Below, piece by piece: positions 35,402-52,845 of a stretch of DNA of 64,000 nucleotides. Source of the DNA: Oikopleura dioica (lineage: Eukaryota > Animalia > Chordata). The first letter of the stretch is position 1, and each line of letters opens with the position of its first letter. Location: positions 15,190,001 to 15,254,000 of the forward strand of contig OU015567.1 of assembly GCA_907165135.1 (NCBI GenBank), written 5' to 3'. The notes below the pieces were generated by a model that was given only the letters and a program-made list of their open reading frames with translations, did no database searches and was not told the origin of the DNA. Made by a program: the position numbers and the translations under genes.

Positions 35402-36232
35402 ATGAAACGGATTTTTTCAGCATTTTTTTTCCAGTCAGCAGCAGCTTTCTTAGCTGAGCCAGGTTCGGGTGAGCAACCTGATGCCTTCTATGTCGACTTC
35501 CTCGACTTTTGGAGACAGGCTGATGTCGCCGCCTTTCAATGTCGCGATTCGATCGAACGCAATGCTTGGAGAGGTCTTGCCAATCGTTTCATGGAATATT
35601 ACAAAATAGCCCGAAAAGCTGCAAAATTTAACAACGGATGGATCTACGGCGGTGAGCAAGACGTAGGAGACTGCGTGTGCATATTCTGGCCTCCACTTTC
35701 AATTCATTTTGATGAGAAAGCTAGCCCACAAGCGAATATTGATGATTTGCTGCATAAACTGGAATGTTGGATCCAGGAGAGTAAAACAGATATTTACAAA
35801 TTATTTATTACCAATAATTTTTAAATATATTTGTTAAACAAGGCAGTGGCATACAAGTGACATTCCTGAAAACATCAAGAGCGCGTTGAAAAACATTGAA
35901 AAAATTGCGAGCAAAAAGCCAAACCAAGACGAGCCCGTTTCTTACCACATTTCCCATGCGAATATGAGTCATATTATATGACCTATCAACAAGCTCGCGG
36001 CTACTGCTTTGAAAAAGACATGTGGCTAGCTGATCCTGAGAGCCCTGACATGCTTCAAGGGATTCGAAAACAATTAGTGCAAGAAAATGTAGCAAGTCCT
36101 CGGCCAGATGTTTTTAGATTGAAAAAGAAATTACAAACAATATTTCTTCTTGGCAAAAATGGTCCCTCAAATCACTTTCTGAAAATTCTTATAATATCCA
36201 TTTCCTATTTATCTTATATATCCGTGCAATAA
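35402..36232 (+). CDS. Secreted protein with a partial C-type-lectin-like motif; possible frameshift; end approximate
   Basis: Signal MKRIFSAFFFQSAAA; later YMTYQQARGYCFEKDMWLA resembles a CTLD start. Confidence 0.5.
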
Positions 36233-36456
36233 AAAGAAAAAAATGAAAAACACTTGTCGTCCTTTTTTTAGTTTTCGCCACTGGCGGCGCTTTTTTGACT
36301 TTCAAGCCGCCAATCACAAATGCGACTCAATAATTAGCATTTAAATTCGATGTGCGAAAGCTGGAACTCTTGTTAAAATATTCTGCCCAATAGCCTGGAG
36401 ACTTTCTGGCCTTGAACCAATCAGCATTCTCGTAAGAATCGTAAGAGTTAATTTCG

Positions 36457-39400
36457 ATGAGAGGACCGGTTTACGAAAATCTCGATTACTTCGCCGATTT
36501 ACTAGAGAAAACGATACAATGCAACTTGGATCCAGTGACTGAGCTGTATTTTTCGAACACTGGAACAGGCGAAAAACATGCGTGGATTCGAGACAATCTC
36601 TGGGCAGTTCAGGTCATTGTTTTATAAATTCGTTCTTTTGTAATTTTTGCTTTTCCGATTATCTTTTCAAAACTGCAAAAAGTCTGTCTGGGCGCTGGCC
36701 CTGTCTTTTCGAAAATATGGTGACACTGACGACGCTCGGGCTAAGTTTCAAATGTTCGCTGGCTCTGCTACCAAAACTATGAGATCACTGCTGATGTGCA
36801 TGATGCGCCAGAGTTCGAAAATTGAGAGCTTCAAGAAAACGAAGGCCACTGGAGACGCGATCCATGCGAAATTCAATGTGAGAACTTTGTCCACTGTTGT
36901 TGGCGATCATGACTGGGGACACTTACAGCTCGATGCTACTGGTTTGTTTGTTCTGCAACTTGCACAGGTTTTGACTAGTTTTGTTTGATATTATAGTAAT
37001 TCGTAGATGACCGCGTCTGGTCTGCAGATCATTCTTTCACTAGAAGAAGTCGATTTCATTCAAAATCTCGTGTTCTACATCGAGAGCGCTTACAAAACCG
37101 TCGATTACGGAATCTGGGAGCGTGGTGACAAGACAAACCATGGAGTGCCAGAACTCAACGCCAGTTCGATCGGGATGTGCCTCGCTGCTCTCGAAGCGAT
37201 AGACGGGCTTGACCTGTTCCAATGCCAAGGCGGCTATAGGAGCATCATTCACGTTTCCCCTGATGAAAAGGCCAGGTGCCAGGATGTGTTGGAGTCACTC
37301 TTACCGCGAGAATCAAAGTCAAAGGAAGTTGGTGCTGCGCTCTTGCCGGTCGTCCTATATCCTGCCTTTGCGGTATCTAACTCTGATATTGTCACAAAGA
37401 CGTTGGCAATTATCGATGAAAAACTTCAAGGTTTGGGCTTTTAAAGTTCAAACTCTTTCTATTAAAGATTCGTAGGGGAATTCGGATACATCCGATTTCA
37501 AAGAGACGGCTATCTGACCCCGATAGAAGATCGACATCGTCTTCATTACGATCCTCTGGAATTGGAGCAGTTTGAAAAGATTGAGTGTCAATGGCCGTTA
37601 TTTTTATGCATGCGACTTGTCTCCAAATGTTTTCAGCGAGGAGCGGCAAAGCCTCAAGTGAGTGAGGAAATCAAGGATCTGGAGAATCAAATCAGGGCTG
37701 TTCTTGTCCATGATGATCCTGAGGAAGATCTGTTTAGGGATTTTGAAATATAAATTATCGGATAGCGAACGGATGTCTTTCACTACTGTATGTTGTAGGT
37801 GAAAAGATTAGTTAAAGGCTTTGCTTGAAAATCCCGAAGAAAGCCTTATCTTCCAATGGCTTATGCCATTGATAAAGACTCAGTTGCCATGGAGAGAAAA
37901 GCTCCTGGATCTGCTAAGCGAGATAACGTTGGCTTTCTTCCGCATATTTGGGGACAATCGTTGTATATTCTGTCGCGCCTTTTGGTGGAGGACTTTGTCA
38001 GTCCGGGCGAGCTCGATCCGCTCAACAGAAGAATGGCCATGCAGAAAAGACCGGAAGTTATTGTTCAGGATTTGAGTTGAATAAGTATCTCGATTTAACA
38101 AACGCTTGTGTACAAAATATGCTGAACAAATTAGTGTCTATCAACACTGTTTTGACAAAGAAGCCAGACAATGGATCATTCCCTTTATAACTCAATCGCA
38201 GGTGTCATTCTTGGCACTCGACGATCTCACGCAGGATACTTTCAACGAGCATGGACACCACTTTCAGCGAGCTGAGGACATTACAAAGGTTCGTGTACAT
38301 CCGGTGACTGTTCTCTCCGATTTGTACAAGAATCTTGGAAAGTCGGATATGCTTTGTTTGAGCGGCAGGAAAGGATCTTTTTCGGGATTAATTTTATTGA
38401 AACAGAACCAAATAGGTTTTCAGAATGCTTTTTGATGGCTTATCCGCCATTTTTCGTTGAGTTGATTTTTCATGTTTGTGCAAATTTTCATGCCAGAGCG
38501 CACCAAAGATGAAATTTCATCAGAAAGACTTGATTTTAGAAGATTTTCTGGCATTCTTGTCGGACGTTGAAAAACTGGCGGCATCCAGTTTTCTTCTTGA
38601 TCATAGAGTGAGATTGCCGTGTGGCGATCTACTCTGTAAGCTTGGAAGATATAGTAACCACTGCATAGATTCGCAAACGGGAAAAATAACACTATTTTCA
38701 TTTTTCGGAGTAAAAATGGATAACGGAAGGCTAGAATGATCATCATATAAATATATTTGGTTACAGAAGCTTTCGTAATCCTCGGTAATCTTGAAGGATG
38801 CGCGTTCGTTCCCTAGCATCCATTCATTCGTGCATCAGTGCTTCGAATCTGGAAGCAACCATGAATTAATTTTTGGCTGGAGACAGGCCTTTGATGTAAT
38901 AATTCTACGGAAATCACTCCATGTCGAGTGTTGATCACAGATCCTAAATAGACCCAAAGGACGAATTGGCATTCTAAGCACTTCGAAGTTCTACGAACTG
39001 GGAGACGGAACGATGACCTTCTTCTACCCGGAATTTTCAAACATTGATCAGAATTGGATCGCAGCTGATGTCAACATCTTCATTGAGGAGGTTCAAACAG
39101 AGCTGAACTACATTCAATCGCACTGGAATCACCCTGGACGCCCTACAATTGTCATTCCGCTGAGCACCGAGCTTATTTGGAATACATCAGATTCTTGTGT
39201 ACATAGGCTGGGGCTAAGCGATAGTTTCCTTTGATTTTCTTAGTATTTTACCCTTGCTCTTGATTGACCTTCACAATTGAATGACGTAATCTTGACAGAA
39301 AATTCACTCTATTACGATTTCATCACCGCTTACCCCTTCTAAAGCGAAATAATTAATCTCGTCCGAAAAATTACTTCTGGATACATCGCAGGAGTACGAG

Positions 39401-42062
39401 TCAAGTCAGCGAAGCTCGAAGAATTTCTCCCGACTTCAAATGTTTCCAAGCTTCAATTCGCAGATGTAAAAGACGGAATTTCTCCAAAATCGAGCGCATC
39501 AAAGACTCTTTCATTGCCAAAACTACCAATAACTCCAATGCGATCGCCCAAAGACTTTCATAAAGCGAGAGTCATAAACATGAACCTTGACCTAACAGAT
39601 ATGACGCTCGTGCCGAAAATCAACCGTCGAAGATCGGAAAGCCACAGCTTCACTTCCACTCGATCAGGCCGGGATGATTCGTATACAATTCTCACCGCCA
39701 AGTGTCTCGTCGATCAAGCTGGCGTTCTCCTTGAAATTTCCGAAGCAACCGACGAAAACTATCGCGTTCAAATACCCTCTGTTGGTCCTGTCCAAATCAC
39801 TCCACTCCTAGAAGAAGTCTTCGACCGAGCATGTCGCGAGCAACAATGGTTATTAGCGCGCGAACTTGCTGGTTATTTGAACAAGCCACTTCCAGGGCTA
39901 GATCAAGCGGTTACAGACATCCTTGTGCGCCAAAAAAGCATCACCGTTGGTCTGCCGCCGGACAGTCGCGAAACGACAATCGACAAGCCACTTCAGTCGG
40001 GTGAGATCGAAGCTATGATACTCGAGGCGTGTGGCGATGGCGACGTCGCTATCCTGCAACAGGAAGTTATTCTGTGTTCGGGTTCTAAGTTTTGACAGGG
40101 CTATTCGGAACAGTCTTTATTGAATTATTTTCTTAATGTTCGAAATCGACCTCCCGCGTTTTTCCCGGAATTTTCGCTGGCAAAAGGCAGGAAATAACTG
40201 CTTTGAACCCACGTCAAGTATTTGGCGATGTTGATCCGTGGGCAACCAACTCTATTTAACGATTTACTTCGTCTCCGGGTCGGACTTATTGTGCAGGTGC
40301 TTGCTTCCGAGTTGGCCAGACTTTTCGATTGTTCTGGACGCGAAGCATCGTCATGCCTTTTAGCTCTGCCACCTTCTGAATTAAAGGTATTTCTGAAACA
40401 ACTAGAATAGACGTAAGTCTGCGGTCTCGCACTTTCGAGTCTCTATTTTTCATTATGTAATGAAGCGCTTATATGCAGAGTTAATAAAGAGCCCTATTCA
40501 AGGCACTTCTACACTCTCTCCTTTCTGGTCACGAGATAGCAATCGCCCAAGACGGCAAAAAAGGAATCCGAGCAAGGTCAAATTCAAGAACTCGTCGTGG
40601 ATCTATCGTTTCTCCCTTTACCGAGCGCGGACGAAAAATGCCCAACGAAGCCAATTCCTCAAATCGGACTAGAAGTGGCGATCGTCTAAGTCGTCAGGAC
40701 TCGACGCATCAATCCCTCATGCTGACTCTTGGAGGCCTCAACTCGGAAATAGTCGTTGAAGATCCAGGACAGAGGGCTGGATCGTGGCTTCGGCGAAGAC
40801 AATTAGACGGAGCTTTAAATCGCGTTGCCACAGACTTTTACAGGAAATTGGTCTGAGTTTTGTAAGATCTAGTCTTAACTGATCGGCTTGTCAGTTTCTA
40901 CAGATACTGAAAAAAGAATGACCAAGGTCAGTCGAGTTTGGCAAGTACTCGCCCGCTGTCATGGGCTTCAAATTGGAGGCAGACTAATACAGGTGAATGC
41001 ATCAGGAGTGTTTGCTCCAGTAAGCCCAACTTACAGGCGAATTACTTGTGGCTTCTGTTTCAGTTGTCACCCGATTCTGAGATTTGAGAATCTATTTACC
41101 AGTCATTCTTTCGTCAATGAACGCATTATTATTTAAAATATTTGAACAATTACGAATTCATATTCACAAAAAACTGCCTTTTAACGCTTCAAAAATGACG
41201 TCTAATTACGATATTCTCGCACTTAAAAAGCATTTAGGGGACGGTTACCAGGGAAATGACCTCGAGTGAACTAAAATTCGCGCTTCTCGTCGAAAATACA
41301 CTAAATGGAATTCCGGAGCCAGAAAGAAGGCAAATGGTGGTCGAAGCACTTTCTGTTCTTTCTATGCTCGCTTCTTTTCAGGTAATTTTTTATGAGGATT
41401 GATTTTTAATTCTGATAAGACAAAAGTTAACGTTGAATGGATAATTGATGTGGACGTCATTCTCAGTCTAGGAAAGGTTCAAGATAAATAATCTAACTAT
41501 CAATTTAAATAGCAATTTGACAGATAATATTGCTCAAAAGTCCTTCAAAGCAGTATTTGTATCTTCCAGTCGAAAGGGGACTGATTAACCCTAGCCCTAA
41601 CCAAACAGAACCAATCCAAACCAAACCAAACCTAGTCAAAACGGGACTGATTCACACAAACCCTAACCCTAACCTTAACCCTAACCCAGTTCCGCATAAA
41701 AATGACTTGATACAACGATAGATCGCTGTAATTTTGAATGTTATTTTTCATTTTGAAAGCGATAACTTCAAAACAAACTATCGTTCATACTTTGATTTGA
41801 AGCCAAATAAAACTAATCCGCCGACTACTTTTGAACTCGCTCCCTCATTTTTTTCAAAATCTTGAACGCATCGACAGCTGAGCAATTTTTCCGGGAAGAT
41901 CAAATTCTGGAAGGCATTCAGAGCGACGTGAGCCACGAGGACTTTTACGATTCTGCTCCGACTGGAAGATTCGGGACAATGGCGTATCTCGTCCGCGCAT
42001 GTACGGATATTCTGGAGAAAGAAGCCGAGCAAGGAGAATCCAAGCATTGTGCTGTGCAATAA
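36457..42062 (+). CDS. PHKA: Phosphorylase kinase regulatory subunit alpha
   Basis: [72 protein letters not shown] and CaaX-like CAVQ-stop. Confidence 0.95.
41586..41690. repeat. Degenerate CCCTAA telomeric-like tract in the last PHKA intron
   Basis: aaccctagccctaacc ... aaccctaaccctaaccttaaccctaaccc. Confidence 0.75.
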
Positions 42063-42099
42063 ATATAATCCAATATTGTGAAATCAGGAGCAAGATGAG

Positions 42100-44100
42100 C
42101 AAGGGTCGGAATACGATCCTTTTGGCCCTGGTCCGTCTTTTTAAAGACTTTGTTGTCCACCCATTGAAGCATTGTATTCTATTTCGCTGTGTGAAAAACT
42201 CAATCAAACCTCTGCCTATTTTTTACTCACGCGATCCTGCAGGCTATACGGGGCAATTCAGAGAAGGGAACATAAAAGAAGATCAAATTGGGCAATAAAC
42301 TTTTCAAAAATTTTCAGGAAGCGATGCGGAAGTTGAAATCGAAATTTGGTATTTGCTTTTGAGCATTTGTGGGAGAATAATTTTTATGGCGCTTTTCAGA
42401 TTTTAATTTCATCTAAATTTTATATCTCGCATTTTTCATGCCAATTTACTACTGTTTCAGATACAGAAGTAGAGTGCCAACCCGCTGTGTTTGCCACTTA
42501 TCTACTAAAGTACTACCAAAGGTCTTGATAATTTTTAATAAGAGAACTTCTCTCTTCTATCGTCTCCATAGAAAATCGGAATAAATATTTGAATGGCTTC
42601 TCGCATCCATAAGGAGCTTCATTTCTGTCCCCTTTGCTAAAGGCAGAGTAGAATTGGCCTTGAAAAAGAGATTGAAAGAACGCCACTGCGTGGTCAAAAT
42701 AATAATCACGCGGGATCGAGGAATTTTCGACAATCCAGACAGCACGAGAGAATTTGAAGACAACAGTTGCATTAGCTCCAAACAATGTGAGTAGACGCAC
42801 GGTTACTCTTGAATACTTGCTCAAGCCCACGCCGCGGGGCGAATCATACAGGCCCCGAATTTAACTTATTTTCAAGTTTACGACTTTAAAAGTAATTCTA
42901 TTTACAGAAGCGTAAGAAGCGTAATACTCGTGCCTACAGGCAATTTTCGAGTGCTATAATTGAGTTATTCCTACAGTAAATATTTCTACACTTGAAACAG
43001 GAACAGTAGTGAGGACGCGCGCAAACAGATTTGCGCATTTCGTCTCCGCCCAAATCTCAGCTAAATAAATTCCCAAGCTAAAGCCGCTGGCAAACACTAT
43101 TTGAATTGAGTCCAAATTACAGTTTTCCTCTTGTATCTGCCAGGCCGTCTTTGATGCAACTTTTATTGACCTCGGACCGTAGAACATGAATATCTGGCCT
43201 GTAATAATAAAAGTGTCCAGTGGTTTAACCAGCGAAACCAAATTCTCAGTGGCTTACTGTCCGTATTCAGATCCTTGTCCAAGAGAGCTCCGATTAAATA
43301 TTAAATTCTCACTTAAAAATTTAAAATTTAAAGGGAGATTAACTTTCTTAAAGGAATACCTAAAGACCCTTATTCTATTCGCTGCGTTATCAGTATTTGC
43401 GAAGAGCGCGAATAAACATTTTCCGGTTCCGACGTTCTCTGAAGTTTGGATCACTTCTATCACCTGATATGAAGTTGATCATTCTTTGCTCCGCCATCCA
43501 TCAAAACTGTCCAACACGTAGCGATACGATGCTCTACCTTTAATACAGTAAAAGCCGATCGGATGCGACTAAAGAAACGGCGGACTTCCGGGCGCCGTCA
43601 AAATTTGAATTCGTATTTGATCGTCTTTACTGATTGAAAACACTTTTATACTTTGACTTTTTGAGCATATTATTTAAGCGTAGACTTGATGGCCCCATTG
43701 AACACTTGTTTTCTTCTTTGAAATACAGTAAGGTAGGGCGTTTGAAGATCCAACGGGGAAACGACCCCTCAAATAGAGCTTTGGTCTTCAACAAATTTAC
43801 CCGAGGCTTGGAGAAAAGAGCACAGTTGACACAATCTTACAATCCAGGACACGATATTATTGATAGGTCTAATTCCCAGCTGTCAGTTTTTGATCCAAAA
43901 CTACACTGTATCTTCGTCGCTACCTTATAATTTTCTGGAAAGAACGTCAGAATATTCCATTTTGAAAATGTCTACACATCAGCTTAGTCCGGAAAAATCC
44001 TTATATAATAGAAGTCTATGGCTTGGCACTCAATTCTGTCGCGGATTATCGAAACTCATTCTATGGAAATCCGCTTATAGAAAAATGAGTTTCTGTGGTT
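42100..44100 (-). CDS. Probable uncharacterised multi-exon gene; limits approximate
   Basis: Several protein-like minus-strand ORFs (42513-42830, 42954-43241, 43254-43463) separated by AT-rich gaps; no family recognised. Confidence 0.3.
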
Positions 44101-45118
44101 AACCACTTAGTACGCTACTAATACCAGTCCTGCTCGTTAAATATTGAATTGAGCCTTCTTGTTTCACTATTCTTTTATGGAAACGCGAAAGTCAATTAGG
44201 AACGACTTCTTTTTAATAATTTTTCTCTAACTATTTTTGAGAAGAAGTAATTAGCTAATCATAACAAATATTCTGAAGAAGTTGTTTTTTTTGAAAGGCA
44301 GTAAAAATCATAACGAAAAAGAGGCCACGTGACCTCTTATTCTGAATCTTTGATAACTGGTCATTTTATCAATAATCTATAAACCACATGATAGTAAGTT
44401 TCTTCCAAACGATCATATAACGCGCCTGGGGCAGCGCGTGTTCTAGAGGAGGGCGCTGCTCCTACTACAGCCGCTCAAAGAGAGACTTTGCGAGGTGCCT
44501 CTGGCCGAAGTTAATTCCATTTGGCGGGAGGCTGCTCAAGTCTCTTCAAAAACTGAAATACAAAAGAGAGATAACGCCAAAGTGGATACCAAAGCCACCC
44601 AGCGCACAAGAGAGAACTGAAAACTGAACACTAAACGAGACCGAAAAATCCGGTATGATTTAAGAAAAAAAAACTAAATATTGAAAAAACGGGTCAATCA
44701 CCAAGACCGCACCAGAAAAATCGATTTACTTAGTAAATTTAAGCTTCGCAACGACCTTTCTTTACAATTGTTACTGTTGTCTTTTCCACCTGGGTTACAG
44801 TGTTTCGCCCAGACATTCTGATTTGATCCCATTTGTCTGTTTCCGAGGCTTCTTTCTTTCATTGAAACTCTCGTATCTGCCCAATAGAACATTTATAGGG
44901 CCCTTTACGAGACAGATTCATTGATAAACGAGGGAGATTATGTGAGAGCGTAATCGAAGATATCAAATGAAATATCTATTTGCAGAGGTGAAACGGGCAG
45001 TAAACTGGCGCCAAACGTTCTTGATATTAATTTACTCTTTAGTCTCTTTTACATCCGAAGCAACAATCAAAATCAGAAGAAGCACTAGAAGAAACAACCC
45101 AACTTGAAGTTTTCTTGA

Positions 45119-48711
<3,593 letters not shown>

Positions 48712-49702
48712 AGCTTTTCCTGAAGCCAATTGCTTGAAAGAAAAAATCGATGAATTTTAATTTATTTCAAAAAAAAAATTAATCCTGAACATAAAAAAAC
48801 AGTAGCTGGGCTTGTCGCTGTCCTAACAACTTACAGTAGCTTTAGCCATTACTGACCTGGGCATAATGCATAAGCTACAGGCCTTGATCATCATAAGACA
48901 ATTTCAAAAGGACAAATTTTCATTTTTCCTCCTTTGGGGTGGTCTTATAATGAGCACGGTCTGCAAAATGCCTAAAAACACTTCTCAACATTTTCAAAAA
49001 AAAAGAATAATTTCTTCCGAAAATTTCTTTTCGAAGCGATTCTTCTTATGGTTGCATAATCTTTCCCCTTCTATAACAAAAAGGTTCACTCTTGTTTCTT
49101 TTCTACCTGTAAAAAGCGCTTCGTAACCCTGTACAGAACTATTTTCGACCTAAAATGCTGAGTTCTCCTGCATAAACCTCAATAAATGCAAATGTTTTTT
49201 GTCAAGAAGACTTTGTAGAATTTCAAAAAATGTCAGCGGCAAGACGTTTTCTAAACTACTATTGTCATTAAGTTTGGGCACGTCACTCCAGCTGCCTGGT
49301 GATCGGCCCTAGAAACGATGCGCCCCGGGCTGCGCAAATTTGAGCAAAAAATCTTCATTGTTTCCAAAAGCATAAAAAACTAATCAAAGCGGAAAATTTC
49401 CGTAAATTAAAGTCGCCTTACTTTACGCATAAAAATCGTAAAGGTCGAACAGGAGCGCAGTCATTCCGGAATAGTTTGTTACGGAAACGAGTAAAATTTT
49501 CATTCTATATATTGCTATAAAACGTTTCGATTTGGTTTTCTATGTAGCGCAGTAATCAACAGGAGAGACAAAAATAATCGGTTGCCAAGATTGATATCCA
49601 TTCGCAACAACATCGATCGAAGCGATATTCTCTTCGGAATCTTTTACTAAGTTCTCAATAATCATATTCGCTTGATTATAAGATGCTGCTATTATTTAGA
49701 GG

Positions 49703-49720
49703 TTAGGGTTAGGGTTAGGG
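49703..49720. repeat. (TTAGGG)3 interstitial telomeric repeat
   Basis: Direct reading. Confidence 0.85.
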
Positions 49721-50907
49721 TTGGATAAATATTACACAATCATCAGCAGACATTGAAACCTTGTCCTAAAGTAATTTTGTGAATCCGCGACAAATCTTCG
49801 TCCCAGCCGGGAAAAAAAAGTAAAGTTGTCAATTAGTTTCGCTGATAAAACAAATACTTTCTAAATAGGAAGAAAAGTTTCAAAGCAAAAAGGAATGAAT
49901 TTTTGGTTGCTCAATCGCATTTGCATCCGTCTCTGTTACTTCTTCAATTACCATTGTGAGCGATCTCTGGAAGAGAAAAAGCTTTTCTGAAGATAGTTTG
50001 AAAATTATCGAAATGGACTTTACTGCTCGCTCTGACAGTTCGACAGCTTGCTCTTTCGACTAATTCGTCTACCATTAGCCACTACCCTGTGCTTATAAAG
50101 TACAAAGGTCGCATTTGAAACCGTCAATCGCATAAAGAATTGTCATTACTTCAAAAGACAACATTTTCTTCGAGAACTCATGAATTAAAAAATCCGGGGT
50201 CTCTGAGACTCATGACTCCGAGACTTTGAAATCAAGGAGGAAACAGTAGCAGCAGTTGTTTTTAACTTTGACAAACCATAAGCGCCCGTTTTTGAAAGCA
50301 CGCTTCGATTTTAATGACATTCTTTCTAGTGCCTACTGCAAAACAACAGTTGCAAAATGCCAAGTGCGCAGCACCAAAGCTCCTCTTAGGCCAGCTGTGT
50401 GCCAGGACTCCTCCATGATTCTCTCTTTTTATGTTTATTTGCAACGCAGTGCTTTCTCTTATCTTTTACGTTACATCTTTATTTTAAGATACTGTCCACA
50501 CTTTTTCCAGAATCATGAGGAGGAAATGGCAGACACTTGGAACTAAATTTTGTCAGCAGCCCAAGCGGCTGCCCCTTTCTAACAAAATCGAATATTCAGA
50601 TCAAGCTCTGAAAATTGGAATGCCAACTTGGAACTAGCACTTCAAAGAACACTGTCGTTCTTGTCTGAAATGTTCCAAGTGAGCACTTCCAAGTTTGCGA
50701 AGGATCATCAAACACCTGGCTTATCAAACGCCATGATAGAGGTATCAGATCTAAGATCTCGCTAATAGACCTTAATGAACAGCTTCATGAAATCAACCCC
50801 ACCTGCTTCAAAATGATGATGGCGCCAATTCTCCGGCATATAAGCAACCCCGATTTAATTCAAATCATCAAAACAAAACAAAAACCGCAACAACAACAAC
50901 GACGAAA

Positions 50908-51171
50908 ATGTCCGCTTCTGCTATCCTCATAAACGAATCTGACATGGAAAAGTTCCTCTCCTCAACTCTTAAAAAAGTCGAAGTCTCCAGAAGATCCAGA
51001 AAAACCACGGCGTCAAGAAACCAGAGGACATTCCTACAGAAGCGTAAAATGCAGAAAATCTGCGAATACAAAATGCGCCAGGATGTTTACAATAACAATT
51101 TATCGTCAATCGCCTCTGTCTTCAAAAGACTGTTATCGTATGGATCTGTCGATGAAGGAACCCCTGTTTGA
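50908..51171 (+). CDS. Intronless 87-aa basic protein, possibly IER2/IER5-like
   Basis: Clean ORF; CCAAT (50825) and TATAA (50839) upstream; A/C-rich leader. Confidence 0.55.
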   Translation: MSASAILINESDMEKFLSSTLKKVEVSRRSRKTTASRNQRTFLQKRKMQKICEYKMRQDVYNNNLSSIASVFKRLLSYGSVDEGTPV

Positions 51172-51258
51172 GATGGCGCTTCCTGTGTTTGTACATTTAT
51201 TCTGTAAATTTTCAATACAATCTATCTATGAAATCAAGCTCTTTTTATTATTCTTTAA

Positions 51259-52010
51259 TCACAAGTTCAGGCGTTTGAGGAAGTTTATGGTCGACTCGCG
51301 GGGAGGAACAGGGGTCTTGGTCGGGTAAATCGGTTTCAACTTCGGAACAGCGAAGTATTGTCTGTACCTCTTTGTCATTTTTGCTTCGGAGGGTCGGTTT
51401 ATATAATCTTTGTTCCAATACTGAAAATATTTTTTATTTCTCAAAAGTTAAAAAATGAAATCACCGCTGAATTTCTAGCATTTCTCCTAGGTGTGGCACC
51501 GTCGCTAAAGGGAACGTTTAAACTTCTTTGAACGCTGATATCTCTTTCTCGCCGCAACTGTAGCGTGGGAATCGGTCTTGATAGATGAAGGGATTGGTGT
51601 AAAGAGTGTCCGGATTCGGATGCGACCGAGTATTCGACCGAAACGTGGCTTAGACGATCCCAGTTTGACTGAAATAACGAATTACTAATTTGAAAATTTT
51701 TGATTTGGGTAGGAAACCTGAGTCAGGATCCTGAAAGAGTTCCAAGAAAGAAACGGCTCTTGCAGGACCCTGACTCAGGCTTTCTACACAGGTTTCCTGG
51801 GCTAACAAACCTGAGCTAGTGGAAATTCGTTGAACCTCTCCCTTGACAATCTGAGCCTCATTCTTTGCTCCTTTTCCGCGCGAATCTCTTTGAAATACTT
51901 CGCCTGTTGATGCAAACTGTAGTAGCTCATCACCTCCTGCGTGAAACCACACTGTCTTTCATGAAATAAACCGCCTCGTTCTGGAGCGCGGATCCAGCTT
52001 ATTCAGAAGA
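51259..52010 (-). CDS. Uncharacterised basic multi-exon gene; start unresolved
   Basis: Exon ...QQAKYFKEIRAEKEQRMRLRLSRERFNEFPLAQ|gt; last exon ...RESTINFLKRLNL-stop. Confidence 0.45.
51709..51803. mobile_element. CTGGGCTC-family MITE copy (intronic)
   Basis: aaacctgagtcaggatcc ... ggaccctgactcaggctttctacacagg. Confidence 0.75.
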
Positions 52011-52420
52011 GATCAAAATCTTTTTATTCCTTTCGTTTTCTCTGAAAATGTTTGCGATTCTATTGTGCCAGGCGGCTGTGTGTCCTCAAGCGTTAGAATA
52101 TTTGCCATAAATGGTTTTGTTAGCTACACTCCGGATGTTGTTCAGACTTCTGTGTACTTCTATTTGCGCGGTTTTCAACGATTAATTCGAAATAAATGCG
52201 GAAGCCTGTGAAGAAAACTTGAGTCAGAAATCCTTCAAGAGTTTGTATGAAAAGCCGCGTAGCTGCTTTTTAAAAAAACGAAGCCGCATAGCGGCTTCGC
52301 CAAGATTAACATCACAATTTATTTTTTGAGCTTTTGAGATGGACACGAACGCAGATTATGGATCGCAGATCTTGAGCAAGTCCGTCACAATCAGCCTAAT
52401 TTTAATTATATTTTTATTTA

Positions 52421-52676
52421 CTCGCAAGTACCAATGCATTGGCCTTTCTGTGCCCATGTTTTTGGTAACTTTATTACGCATCATGTGATTTATACACTGA
52501 TCGACCGAAACAAACGTTTATTTTTTGTCACTTTTTTTGAGGAACTTCTTCAAGAAATTCTAAAAAGTGACAAAAAATAAAAGTTTGTTTCGGTCGATCA
52601 GGGCATAAATCACATGATGCGTAATTAAGTTACTAAAAACACGGGTACAGAAGGCCAGTGCATTGGTACGTGCGAG
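52421..52676. mobile_element. Near-perfect 256-bp palindromic MITE (CTCGCAAGTACCAATGCA termini)
   Basis: About 115-bp arms with few mismatches around a short loop. Confidence 0.85.
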
Positions 52677-52845
52677 AATAGTGCGGTTCTGGGCGGCGGC
52701 GGGTCGCGCTCGCCCTGAAGGCGCAGGATTGGCCGAAGCCTAACTCATCTCAATACGAATTTGCACCACATCGCGCACCACCATAAAACAGAGCCAGAGA
52801 ATAAATTCCAGAGAACGAAGGAAAAAGAAGCTTGAAAGATCAAAA

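Noticed and set aside
49500-50800. Coding-like minus-strand stretches
   Set aside because: Could be a gene, but I could not join exons or identify a product
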